A DNA stretch of 64,000 nt from Phaeosaccion multiseriatum (lineage: Eukaryota > Protista > Ochrophyta, other classes), in NCBI GenBank assembly GCA_965112735.1, contig OZ218954.1, positions 2,356,001 through 2,420,000 on the forward strand. The letters run 5' to 3'. The translations under genes and the position numbers were made by a program. The notes below the pieces were generated by a model that saw only the letters and a program-made list of their open reading frames with translations, was not told where the DNA came from and did no database searches. This document shows, one piece after another, positions 25,637 through 37,291 of the stretch. The first letter of the stretch is position 1; each line of letters opens with the position of its first letter.

Positions 25637-26027
25637 TTCCTTCCTTCCTTCCATTCATCCTTCCATCCCTTCCTCCCATTCTCCGTCCTTCCCTCAGGTA
25701 TGCCTTCCCACCCGCCGTCTCCGAGAGATGGCGGTACAAGGTACGGCGCTCGGCCTGGATAGCTGCCTCCTGTATGTGGACCCTACTGCTGCTCCTGCTC
25801 CTACTGGGGGAGAGGGGGAGCGTGAGCTGGGGGTGGGAGGAGTCGTAGTATCGTTCACCATTCCCCCCGCGGAGGGCAGACTCGGGAGTGCCGGCGCTGC
25901 TGCTGTGCCTGAGAGGACAGTGGACGTTATGGCTGTGCTCACGTCACAGCACTTGAGAGTCTCTGCCCCTCGATCTTGCCTCAACGCGCTCACCAGCGTG
26001 CTGCTTCAGCTGCGGCACGGGGAGTAA
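22048..26027 (+). CDS. RNA cytosine-C5 methyltransferase, RsmB/NOP2/NSUN family (NSUN2/Trm4-like), with N-terminal signal peptide
   Basis: SRQEVVSMLPP, DACASPGSK (motif I), ANELERRR, VDVPCSGDGTLRK (motif IV), GGRLVFSTCTLDPLQNEAVI (motif VI), RYLPHDNDSGGFFIAVFEK; leader MAPCPRLAIVALVLPFAFAYQP. Confidence 0.88.
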
Positions 26028-26605
26028 TCAATTTTAAAATGTCTCTCCACATGCGTGTTCCTGCAATGAGGTCCTCATGCTTTTAGGTTTGCGCTTGCTG
26101 CCCTTGGACTTTTGGATGACTCAGCCCTTGCCTTCCCTCGCCTTGTTACTTCGAGTCGCAAGAAGGTACACTGCCTACCATGGCTGCGTTCCGCTGCGCT
26201 GACATGGCAGTTCGCTCCGCTGCACAGCTACCCTTCGCGAATCACTCACCATACCGTAGCGGAACGTCACGGCCGTCGCCACGTCTTCATCCTGTCGAAG
26301 GCTCGGACGAGTATTCAGAGGACCGTCTTTTGCCCCGAGAGACTGAGATAAGCTTGGTAACGTCCTTACGCTTGGAGGTGTAGTCCGGAAGCTCAGCCCC
26401 CAGCCGCAGCCTGAACTTTACCCCTGTCCTCGCTGGCTCACTTTCATCCCTGGCCGACTGTCCACTCCAAGACACCTGTTGCGGCAGACTGGATTCTGCC
26501 ACTACGGCCGTCCAGCCAAGCAGTCACACACTTTAGACCCTCACAACTTTGTGGGGAAAGATCTGTGTGTGCGGGGTGGGAAGGATTTTCTCCTCGTACA
26601 GCCCT

Positions 26606-27400
26606 TCACCACCTTCCAATAAATGGCTCCGATTCACGTTGCCATTGCTGCCAATCCGCCTCACAGCTGTCCTCCGTGATGCACTTGCACACTCCAAGAC
26701 CTTCCTCGTCGCCATAGTACCCGTCGGGGCAACGTATACAATCCTTACTACTCTTCGAGCCAGTTGTGTTCTGGTACGTGCCCTTTGGACAAAGTTCGCA
26801 GTCGAGCACCCCTCTCCCCTTCGTCCTCTCGCGATAAGTCCCCCTGGGGCAATCGATGCAGCTGGACACGGAGATGTAGGACGTGTTGCGGTAGGTGCCG
26901 GCGGGGCACTCAAGCATGGCTGTATCCGAGCAGAAGTAGCCCGGTTGGCACCTCATCATTCCAATGTCACACCCATCCCGGCATTCCAGCCGCGCCTTCT
27001 CGGTGATATCACTAAATCCCACCGATGTGTTGTGTGCGTAGGCAATGTCGCAGAGTGCCTTACAAGAGTTGTTGGTCGGGGCCCCTCCGAAAAAGTACGC
27101 ACAGCCTAGCCCGCAAAAGTGTGTGGTGTTGATGGGGAAACCAGCTTTTGCATACGGATATTCAGCAGTGAAGTCGGGTCTTGTGGGCCCCACCAGGCGC
27201 TGCGTGTCCTCAAGAGTGAGCGTTCCGTTCAGGGACGCGTTGAGGCCGACGGTAGGCGAAGCTCCACAGTCAAGGTAGCACTGCTCCTTGTTGGCAAGCG
27301 TAATCTCGCTTCCGAGGAGACTCAGGAGGAGCAGCAGCAGCAGCGCCGAGAATCCAACGGTAAAGCGCTCCAGCAGTCCTCCTCCCTGCTGCCGCCCCAT
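26606..27400 (-). CDS. secreted cysteine-rich protein with CPxGTY (GCC2/GCC3, ephrin-receptor-like) repeats
   Basis: Intronless 264-aa ORF; hydrophobic leader ALLLLLLLSLLG; repeats CQPGYF, CPAGTY, CPRGTY, CPKGTY, CPDGYY. Confidence 0.8.
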   Translation of the reverse strand: MGRQQGGGLLERFTVGFSALLLLLLLSLLGSEITLANKEQCYLDCGASPTVGLNASLNGTLTLEDTQRLVGPTRPDFTAEYPYAKAGFPINTTHFCGLGCAYFFGGAPTNNSCKALCDIAYAHNTSVGFSDITEKARLECRDGCDIGMMRCQPGYFCSDTAMLECPAGTYRNTSYISVSSCIDCPRGTYRERTKGRGVLDCELCPKGTYQNTTGSKSSKDCIRCPDGYYGDEEGLGVCKCITEDSCEADWQQWQRESEPFIGRW

Positions 27401-27539
27401 GGACCTATCCCTTTCTTTAGGAATGTGGTATCTATTTGTTCCCCTCCTGGCCGTTACATTTTCTGAAAACCCTATGCCAACAAAGGAGCCTTAATTTCTG
27501 CCCTTAATTCGTGCGCGCTGTATTTATATTGGGGGAACG

Positions 27540-29731
27540 ATGGCCTCTGAGGCTCCTCCAACGCTCACCCCCTTACCGGAGGAGTTTGTGGAGGCGATTC
27601 GAGCGTCGCCCCCGAGAAAGGACGAGCTGGCGGGAGAGGTGGGTAGAGAAAGCCCCCCAGCAGAGAGATGAATCGGGCCAAATTGGAAGGCTGTCCTCAT
27701 GAATTCCCTTCTCCCTCGCTTGCATCCAGCAGTTTGTGTTTCGGCATGGAAAACTGAGGGGAGCCCCCGTGTGTCCCGGTGTGGATAAATCGTCGTATGC
27801 TCTGCTGATGAGGTCGTTTGAGGTGAGGCGGGGGGGCAGATCGAAACACAGAACCGGGGAAACAAAACACAACGAAGGGAGGTTCTTTCCAACTGCGTCA
27901 CAAGCTGTGATAATTCAGAGGCCGTTCGCTCAAAAATCTCTCTTTGTTTACTTTGTTCTCTGCAGCATAAAGATGGAGATGTGGTTGTGGCATCTTACGG
28001 CCGCTCATCGGGAGGGCCGTGGGTCAGTCGGATACTGCAGTGCCTATTCCATGCGTCAGCAGAGGAGTCAGCGAGGGAAGCAACAAGTAGTAATAATCGT
28101 GTGAATAGTAGAAGAGGTAGTAATAGTGTTAGAAGTAGCTCAGCTGCTGGAGCTTGCGCCTCTCCGCGGAAAGGGCTTAGCCTGGGAGCGTCTCTCCCTG
28201 TGCTCGAAGTCTACGTGGCCAGGTAGGACCGCACCTTTTCGCGCTGTGTCTCCGGACGACAATGCCATAACCACATTCGTGCGAACTTGGAGTGGGCTGC
28301 CAATCCTAACGACTGTATGGCCCTCACTTCTCGGCCTCTTTGTTACGTTGATGATCGGCCGGCCTCACACAGAACAAAACAGGCAGGAATAGATTCCTTG
28401 GCGTCGTGGAAGCCTGCGTGCGGGAGGAGAGTGTTCAAATCGCATCTGAGCTCTCACCTCTGCCCCTGCTTGTTCTCCGAGGCCAAGACCAAGAGCGTCG
28501 TGGTTGTCAGGGACCCCGGCACTCTCATGATTGATCTGTACCACCTGTACAGAAACGACCCCGTCTATCAGTACGAGGTACGCGAGCGGAAGGAGGTTAG
28601 GGGGTCGGGGGAAGCCGAGCAGTCGACCAGTAGTGCCGTGTACCCCATCCAATGCATGCCTGTGTCGTCTCTCTCGCCTCCGCGCTTCTTACTCGGGTCC
28701 ACCACCCCCTCTGACAGGGGAGCTGGAACCACTTTTTTAGCCTGTTTCTGGAGGGCAAACACCTGCCCGGCGGAGACTGGTTCGACTTTACGGCAGGCTG
28801 GCTGGAAATGGCACAAACAGAGGGGCCAGACAGCGTGTGTATCATCAACTACGAAGATATGCTCTCTGACCTGAAGGGGGTGGTGTGCAAGCTGGCGGCC
28901 TTCTTCGAGGCGCCGTGCGATAGTGGCCTGGTGCGGCGCATCTGCTCCGTGTGCTCGAGCAGTGTGTGTAGCAGCAGTGTATTGACGGCAAGTGGCAGCT
29001 TTGAAGTGAATCTACTCATGAGGGACGACGAGAGCGAGCAGGAGGCGCTGCAGCGAGCGGCTGCCCAAACAGGCCCAATCGGGTCTGTGCGACTGTCTCC
29101 GGAGCAGACGCGGAAGCTCCAGGACAAGTGCCAAAGCAGCTGCGGACAGCGCACCATTCTCACCGACTATTTCCCGCAGTTACCGCAGGGAGGCTTACTG
29201 GAGGGCGTGGCACGAGTCGTGCTCACCCCCACTCGCTCCCCTCGCTCCACTCGCTCCACTCGCTCCCCTCGCTCCCCTCGCTCCCCGAGATTGTCCCTCT
29301 CCCGGGCCCCGTGCTCCCCGTCAGGCATTATGAAGAGCCCCCGGTGGGTGGGGCACCCTCGACAGGACACGGGAGCGGAAGGGGTCATGACAGAGGATGG
29401 AGAAGGGGTTGAGGAAACCATGACCATGTCCATGTCGGTGGGAGCATGCTCGACTGCCACGACATCTCCGGTGGAATCCAGCCCCAGGGCAGTGATAACG
29501 GAAGGGGATATGTTTGGCGAGGAGGACGACGAAGAGGAGAAGGGCGTGAGATCGCTTGGGGACACCCTGGCCTGGAGCGGATACGACGATGACGAGGAAG
29601 ACGACGAAGACCAAGACTTCGACGTGTCTCAGGCCAAGACGTGGCTTGCGGGGGCGAAAAGGCCTCCCTCGCAAGCGAGACGCAGGCGGAGACGAGAAGA
29701 GGACGGGCCGTTGTCAAAGGCGGGGGCCTAG
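27540..29731 (+). CDS. cytosolic sulfotransferase-family protein (degenerate PAPS loop) with low-complexity SP/acidic C-terminal tail
   Basis: Spliced SFE|HKDGDVVVASYGRSSGGPWVSRIL, RVFKSHL, VVVVRDP, FLEGKHLPGGDWFDFTAGW, IINYEDMLSDLKGVVCKLAAFF; same motif order as the Sulfotransfer_1 family. Confidence 0.75.
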
Positions 29732-30575
29732 ACGCAACTGTATCGCCATGAGGGCAACTAACGTCAGCACCATACACGCCTAGCGGCCTAGGCCTATTTG
29801 GGAAAATTGTCCGGCCTAGAGAGGGCCGTAAGCCCTCTGCCTATTTCTAGGCCGCCGCCTAAGCGTAGCTAGGCCGAGGGGGGGGATATGCCCTTGGGCT
29901 CGCCCGGAGCCCGCCCAAGTGTCTTATAGTAGAGTGTTGAAGTCAAACGACAGTACACAGATGCTCATGTATGTATTTTCTTCGTCCCTTCACTCTTGTG
30001 CCTCTCCCTGCCGAGCTCGCTTCGCCCTCCCTTGTACCTCCACCCCAGGCCCACCACCTCTGGCTGGGTGCTGCTCCGAGCGCCACATCCAACCCTCTCC
30101 CCTCTACACCTCCTCATCTCACGAGTGGTAATAGCTCGCCCGCTCGAGCAGATCCCTCTCCAATAATCTTGACATGTACTGATTACTCAACCTGCTCGGA
30201 GCAGGCCGATGACTTGAGTGCCGAGAGACCACACCACGAATCGATTGAATCGACACGAAAGCAACTCCAAAGCAACTCTGCGTCATCATCGTCGCCCTGC
30301 AGCCCTTTGAAGCCGTCCAGCCCGGAGTATGTACACAGCGTGCACACGTCTGTGTTGTCTCTTTCCGCCTGAGTGCATGCTTAATGCCTACACTGTGCTG
30401 CTGCCACTGGCTGGGCGGCCCCCCTCACGGGGAGGCTGCCTAGAGGCTACCCAGAGGCGGGCTAGAGGCCGCCTAGGACTGAAAAGTGAGCGGCATAGAG
30501 CGGCCGGAGGCCGCCGGCTTAGGCCTAGATCGGCCGAAGGCCGAGCGGCCTAGCGGCCTAATGCGGCCTAGACCC
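29724..30575. mobile_element. putative non-autonomous element or repeat island with GGCCTAG-rich ends
   Basis: Dense clusters of (G)GCCTAG/CTAGGCC at about 29724-29877 and 30438-30572 around an unrelated core. Hairpin tcggcc-gaa-ggccga at 30530-30544 followed by CTAA|T at 30558-30562. Confidence 0.4.
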
Positions 30576-31053
30576 AAGCGAAGGTAGGTGTTTTCATTTC
30601 CTCCCGGGTTGTTAAAAGATCCCTCCTCTTTTCATTACCAACCAAACCAGCCTTTGGGTGAGTGTGTAGCGCAACCTATCGTCTGCCGCTGCTGTATCCC
30701 ACCCTTGTTGTGTCAGTTTGCTCTCTTCCCTTCCCCTCCCTCCTATCACTGTTGCTCTGCGCTTCCTCTATGCCGACTCCTCGTGGCCTCCCTTGTTTGG
30801 CCCTCTCTCGTTCACACGCTGTATGTTGTATCTCCTTCTCCTCATTCTCCTCCTCCTTCTCCTTCTTCTTTCCCCTTCTTCTCGCTCTTCTTCTTCTTCC
30901 TCTTCTTCTTTGGCGGACCCGCTTTCTTCCTTCTTCATTTTTCTCCCCCCCCTCGTTCTCCTCCTCCCAGGGAACGATTCTTCCTAGAGCAGGAGACCCC
31001 CTCCCGTTTACCCTTTGATCAGCCCTGGAACGGAAAGAGCCTGGGTGAGCACC

Positions 31054-34000
31054 ATGGATTTGCCGGCCATCCTAAGCAACGTAGCAAGCCCAGGTGAGAA
31101 CGGAAAGGCGCGAGGAAACCGAACCGGGGGTTGGTGCAGGAGGGAGGATGGAGAAACATCCCGACTTGTACGGGGGGGGGTGGCAAGGAGTGGTGGGAAC
31201 AGGAGTTTGGGCTGACCTGGGAAGGAGGAGGGGCGGTGATTTGGACGCATACAGACACAAAGAGAACGTCGCCCTTGCTTTCTTCAAACAAACCGTCCCA
31301 CTTCGCCCGGTGCTTGCTTTCCTGCACAGATGCGTCTGTGCGAACCCCGGCTGAAGAAGCCCTTCAGCTGGCGAAGCAGACTAACCTGGTAAGAATGTAT
31401 ATGCTTGTATCCGTACTGTAGCCATGAGCCCAGAGAGGCAGGAGACTGGGGAATGGTGGGAGCATGGTGTGAATGTGATTCTTTAGTAGGGCCCGCCCTT
31501 CACTGGTATTGTGACTTCACCTCTATCGCCTGTGTGTCTTATCCCACCTCCTTCGCCCCAACCTCCTCCCTTTGCGTGCTGCATCGTTCCGCAGGGTCAA
31601 TTGATGCTTGCCCTGACTGCGGAGCTTGCCAATGAGGGGCAACAGGAGACGATCAGGCAGCAGGCAGGACTGTACGTCAAGTTGCTGCTGACCGCAGAGG
31701 ATGAGACCATCCGAGCCGCCAAGACAGAGGAGTGGCAGGCTGTGGATGGCGCCACCAAAGCACAGATCAAGGGCAAGGTGCTTGCGGTGAGTACCATCTG
31801 AAGGGGGCGCCCCCGCGCGGGTCAATGACTCGTGCTTCGCTTACTTCTGATTTTGATCCATCGTTTCTCACCGCGTGCTCCCTGACCCCCCCGCCTGCTT
31901 CCACCGCCCTCTCCCCTCTCCTCTAGGCGTTGCATAGCGCAAACACCAACTCTGCGCACACCGCTGCTCAGATCGTGGGCAAGATGGGGGCCATCGATCT
32001 GCCCAAGGTGTGTCTTGCTTGCAACTCTTGTGAAGCAGTGTCTACCGTGCAGTTCCGTTATCACTCGCCAATTTAGTGGCGTGGCACCACCCGTAGGGAA
32101 TGTGATTAGGGCTAGTTCAACGGAATGAATCAGGTTGTACAAGGTAGCTGTCCCCTCTTACCCCGTTGGATTCTTGACCCCCCACATCTATCTCCCTGCC
32201 TCCCTGCCTCCCTACCTGCGCCTGTGTCTCACTTGTGTTTCCTCAGAATGAGTGGCAAGACCTTCTTCCGGCGCTCCTCGGCAACGTCACGGGCACCTTC
32301 CCCGACAGTGCGTGTTCCCACACTTTCTTTTGTCTACTGAGGGGTGGGGGAAGGGAAGCATGTTTGAGTGATCACAACTTGCCGTATGATGCGAATTAGT
32401 GCATTTTTTCCTTCCACCTCAAGAGTCAGAGCTCTCTGACCCCTGACGTAGCTGCGGCACACACATGGAGTCCGCGGGCAGCAGTCAACGCTCTCAAGCG
32501 CAAACTTGACTAAGCACACGGTCGTGTCTGCCCCCCCCCTCTGGTGTCCGCAGGCGTGAAGGTGGTGTCGCTGCAGTGTTTGGGATATATGTGCGACGAT
32601 AAGGACTTGGAAGAGCTTGAGGAGGCACAGACCAACCAAATCCTCACGTGCATCGTGGACGGCATCAAGGTACTGCACACGCGAGGGGAGAGGGGAGGAG
32701 AGGGGAGGAGAGGGGAGGAGAGGGGCGCAGCACATCTCTCTGGAAGCACAGCTCTGGAAGCACAGCTCTGGAAGCACAGCTCTGGAAGCACAGCTCTGGA
32801 AGCACAGCTCTGGAAGCACAGCTCTGACGAGGCTCCTTGCCATCAAGTCATTCTCCAAATATGTGCCTGCACGAAGGCCTTATGCTGGGGCGTTCTGTGA
32901 CTGACCTCTGTGCCCTCCCTGTCTATCTGGCCTGTTGGGTGTTGTGTGTCTGTTTGTGCCTTGCCCGAAGGATGAGAACCCCGACGAGGTGCGTCTCGCT
33001 GCGGTGACTGCCCTCGTCAACTCGCTGTACTTCACGGAGAAGAACTTCGAGCGCGCCCAGGAGAGGGATTACATCATGACGGTGAGAGGAGAGGGGAGGA
33101 GAGGTTTACGGCATGGGGGCGGAGAGCCCCCACGGCAGCGTAACTCGAGGCAAGCAGCAGGATACATACCATCATGTCATGTCAACACTTTGATACCATC
33201 ATGTCAACACTTTGATACCATCATGTCAACACTTTGATACCATCATGTCATGTCAACACTTTGATACCATCATGTCAACACTTTGATACCATCATGTCAA
33301 CACTTTGCCCCCGCCCGTCTTTTTCTCCCCTCCACCTATTTATACATACACCGAAAACTCAAAACTGCTTTTTGTTGCTCCCAGGCGGTGTGCAAAGCGA
33401 CACAGTCACCAACCTTGGGCCTCCGCGTGAAGGCCTACGAATGCATCGCTGACATCGCCAAGCTATACTACGACAAGCTTGAGCCGTACATGCCCATGCT
33501 GTTCAGCCTTACGCTTGGCGAGGCCGGCACCATCCTCAAGGACGAGGAGTCAGCGGTGCTCATGGCCATCGAGTTTTGGACAAGCATCGCTGAGGAGGAG
33601 GCAGAGCTGCGGGACGGAAGCGACGAGGAAGTGGCCAAGTACAATCAGTATCAGTACATTGTTAAGGTCAGTGTGAGAGGCAGCAGGCACCAGGGAGGAG
33701 CAGAAGCAGTCCCCACGGCACTACCCTTGCCCCTCCGTCGTCACAACCTGCCCGAGCTCCACGAAGGGTGCCATTCTCTGACTCCTCTCGTCTTCCATCG
33801 TCTTGAGCTAGTGACTGACCCCCTGCCTCGACTCTGTCAACCCCTCCTCGCGCAGGCTCGCGACCATTTGCTGGAGGCCCTGCTCAAGACCATGACCCGG
33901 CAAGACGAGCACGCAGAGCCTGACGACTGGGGCATGGCCAGCGCCGCCAGCATCTGCCTCACCGCCATCGCGCTCGTGGCCAAGGACGACGTGGTGGACT

Positions 34001-34058
34001 ATGTAATGCAGTTCGTCACTCAGTTCATAGAGAGTCCAGACTGGCGCTACAGGTGAGG

Positions 34059-34105
<47 letters not shown>

Positions 34106-37100
34106 GGGTGGCGTCTCTGAGGAGCACCCATTGGCATCCATCGCCCCCCCTCTCTCTGTCTTTTCTCCTTTGGTTCGTTTCGCCGCAGAGAGGCCGCAGT
34201 CATGGCGTTTGGGAACGTTCTGGAGGGGCCCTCCGAGGACAAACTCCACATGTTCGTACAGAAGGGCACCCCCGTGCTCATCGCCAGGATGCAAGACCCG
34301 CACCCCCAGGTATGTATGTATGTATGTATGTATGTGTGTTGTGCGGGGCTTGGGACTTCCTTCAGAACGATCGGAGGCGGACGGGCACTTCAAGACTCGC
34401 TATTCTTTCTCTGACAGAAGAATTGGTTTGTTGACTCGCTGTTGCCTGGCTGTGGGTTGGCCTTTCAGGTGAAGGACACGGCTACATGGGCGCTGGGGCT
34501 CATTTGCGAACATCACCTCACAGCCATCCCCACGGAGGTACGCGAGACGGAGAGGGACTTAGGGTGGCAAGGTGCCCTGATATGTGGTGTGTGCTGTACC
34601 CCTTGTGCTGTACCTCTTCCAAGAGAGATGTGGGCGTAGTTCACAGTCCTCTCCGTTGTGCCTCACCCCATCCCCCCCCCCCTCCCCACCCAACCCCTCT
34701 TCATGCAGCTGATCCAACCGCTGCTCCAAAACCTGCTGGCTGCGCTAAACGAAGCGCCAAGCCTCATCCGACATGCGTGCACGGCGCTCGTCAACTTTGG
34801 CTTCGGCTGCGAGAGCGCCAAGGACGAGCCAACCAACGGCCTTAGCCAGCACTTCACCGCCGTCGTCGGACAACTGCTGCAGGTGATGCAGAGGCAGGAC
34901 CTGGACGACGAGAACACACGCCAAGCGGCGTTCGAAGCAGTCAACGCCTTCATCACGTGCAGCGCGGAGGACAAGAAGGAGGATCGCATAGAGGTTCGTC
35001 GTAGGAAGGAGGGGGTTGTCCCGCAGTGGGGCAGACCGCGGAATGGAACCCGTGCAGCGCGTGTTCGTTTGCCTTTTGATTGGAGGACCCTTTTTGGAAG
35101 GGTTGACAGACATTATTTGGCTCAGTTTGGATGTACAAACGCGATGGCGGGTGCTGGTGGCGCGCAAATGGCTCAACGATTTCCCCTCCCCCCCCCTTGC
35201 TGCTGCAGGTATTGAAGATCGTGCTGGGCATGCTGGACACCACCAACAAGATGACCATCATTTCGGCAGACGACAGGGCAACGCAGAGCTCGCTGCAGCA
35301 GCTCTTGTGCGGCAACATCACGGTACGGAAGGAAGGAAGAGAAGAGTGCATCGAACACCTCACCTCAATCTTTTTCTCTCAGGCAACTAACTGATTCGGT
35401 TGCTGTCCTCCTCCTCGCCGTCCAACACGCTTCACAACTCTAATCTCTCTTCCGTTCCGCTCCGTTCCGTCCGCCTCTCTACTCTCTCTCTCACCCTTTA
35501 GTCTATTTGCCAGCGAAGTCTGGCGGACGTGCGGCCACATGCAGACACAGTGATGCAGCTGGTGCTTGGCCTGCTGCAGTCCAGCAACAACCTGGTACAC
35601 GAGGAGGCGCTCATGGCGGCAGGAGCCTTGGCGCATTGTGTAGAGCAGGTCAGTGGTGTGGAGGCAGACTGGGCCAGAGGAGTGGAGGCAGACTGGGCCA
35701 GAGGAGTGGAGGCAGACTGGGCCAGAGGAGTGGAGACAGACTGGGCCAGAGGAGTGGGGCCTTGTAGCGGGGGGAAGAGGGGGGGGGACGGAGGTGCCTG
35801 CTCAGGGGATAAGTGAGGGACTTGGGATGTGGAGGAATGGGCCCGGTGTCAAGGCCGAGAACGACTAACGCACCTTGATCTCGCTCTCTCCGTCCCCTCC
35901 CCCTCTTGGGCCGCACCACAGGACTTTACGCGGTACATGGAGCACTTCTTCCCCTTCCTCGTGCAGCACCTCGGCAACCACGAAGACTACCAGGTGTGTC
36001 AAGTGGCCGTCGGCTGCGTGGGAGACCTGAGCAGGACTCTGTGCGACAAGATCCTGCCCTGGTGCGACCACATTATGCAGCACCTGCTCTTCAACCTGTC
36101 CAGCGCCGACATCGATAGAAACGTCAAGCCCCCTGTCCTGGGGGTGCTGGGAGACATTGCCATGGCGACGGGACCGGCCTTCCAGAACTATCTCCTGGTG
36201 AGTTGCGGTGCGGTGCGGGGTGTTGTTGCTGAGTGACCACGGCGCGAGAGGACACAAGAGCCCGTTCGTTGTGTTGTCTGACGCTCCCCCAGGCCCTCCC
36301 CCCAAAGGGAAGACTCCGTGTATTCGTACCCACCTTTGGTCCTCTGCTCTTTTTGTCTGACAACCATATGCTTGCTTCCTGCAATGCCGCCTGCAATGCC
36401 GCCCGCTCACAAACACCAAACACCAAACACCCTCTCTCTCAGCACACAATGAATATCCTGGCGGAGGCGCAGAAGGTGTGTAGAGTAACGCCGGAGACGG
36501 ATCCGGATATGCTGGAGTATGTCAACGAACTAAGAGAGGTGAGTGGGTCTTTTGACCAACTTGGGGCCTGCGGAGTGTGGGGAGAGACGGGAGGGAGGGC
36601 CACACACACACACACACACACATGAACAAGGAGAGAGGTCGGGTAGGCAGGGCATATCACCCACCACGGAGCTCAGCCCCTCTTTTCTCGTTTGTCCCGC
36701 TCGCTTTTCAGGGCATTGTGGAGGCGTACACAGGCATCTTGAACGGCATGTCGGACGAGAAGGACGACGCTGGCAACGTGGTAAAGCAAGGGGCTGTGCA
36801 GCTGCTGCTGCCTTACGCGGAGGGCGTGGCGGTGTTTATCAACATGCTGGGAGAGGTGCGTGAGAGAGAGAGAAAGAAAGGTGTTGCTCTTTTACTTGGT
36901 TGGTGCGCATGTTTATTGCTTCACCGTAGCAGCCGTGTCTCGGAAAGCACGCTTTACTCCGCGTGACACCTGTGAACGGCACTGACTCACCAACGCACAC
37001 GGGTATTCGTCAACGCTTTGTGGGTTGCCTATCTTCCTCCCCTCTCGCTCTTTCTTGATGCATCCCCTGCAGCCAAACCAGCAAGCAGACGAGGCGGTGG

Positions 37101-37291
37101 TGCGGGAAGTGATTGGTCTGATTGGTGATATGGTGTCGCTGCTAGGGGCCAACTCCACCAAAGTACTGCAGCCGCAGTCCATTATGCACCTCCTCGACCT
37201 GGCAAGGGGGCAGGGAGAGGAGGACGTGACGGCCACGGCAAACTGGACGCAGCAGAAGCTCAGCTCTGTGGGGCTGTTCCGCCCAGCGTAG
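31054..37291 (+). CDS. KPNB1: importin subunit beta-1 (karyopherin beta), many exons
   Basis: MDLPAILSNVASP|DASVRTPAEEAL, IRQQAGLYVK, LQCLGYMCD, QTNQILTCIVDG, TEKNFERAQERDYIM, MAIEFWTSIAEEE, DWRYR|EAAVMAFGNVLEGP, VKDTATWALG, HEEALMAAGALA, RNVKPPVLGVLGDIAMA, YVNELRE. Confidence 0.96.
32738..32826 (+). repeat. intronic minisatellite, 14-bp unit ctctggaagcacag, about 6 copies
   Basis: Directly visible. Confidence 0.95.
33166..33307 (+). repeat. intronic minisatellite, 22-bp unit ataccatcatgtcaacactttg, with 27-22-22 higher-order structure repeated twice
   Basis: Directly visible. Confidence 0.95.
35657..35757 (+). repeat. intronic minisatellite, 24-bp unit gtggaggcagactgggccagagga, 4 copies
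   Basis: Directly visible. Confidence 0.95.

Noticed and set aside
33166-33307. CRISPR-like array
   Set aside because: Repeats are directly adjacent with no unique spacers, intronic in a eukaryotic gene, and no cas genes are present; the same applies to the 57.3 and 62.2 kb repeats
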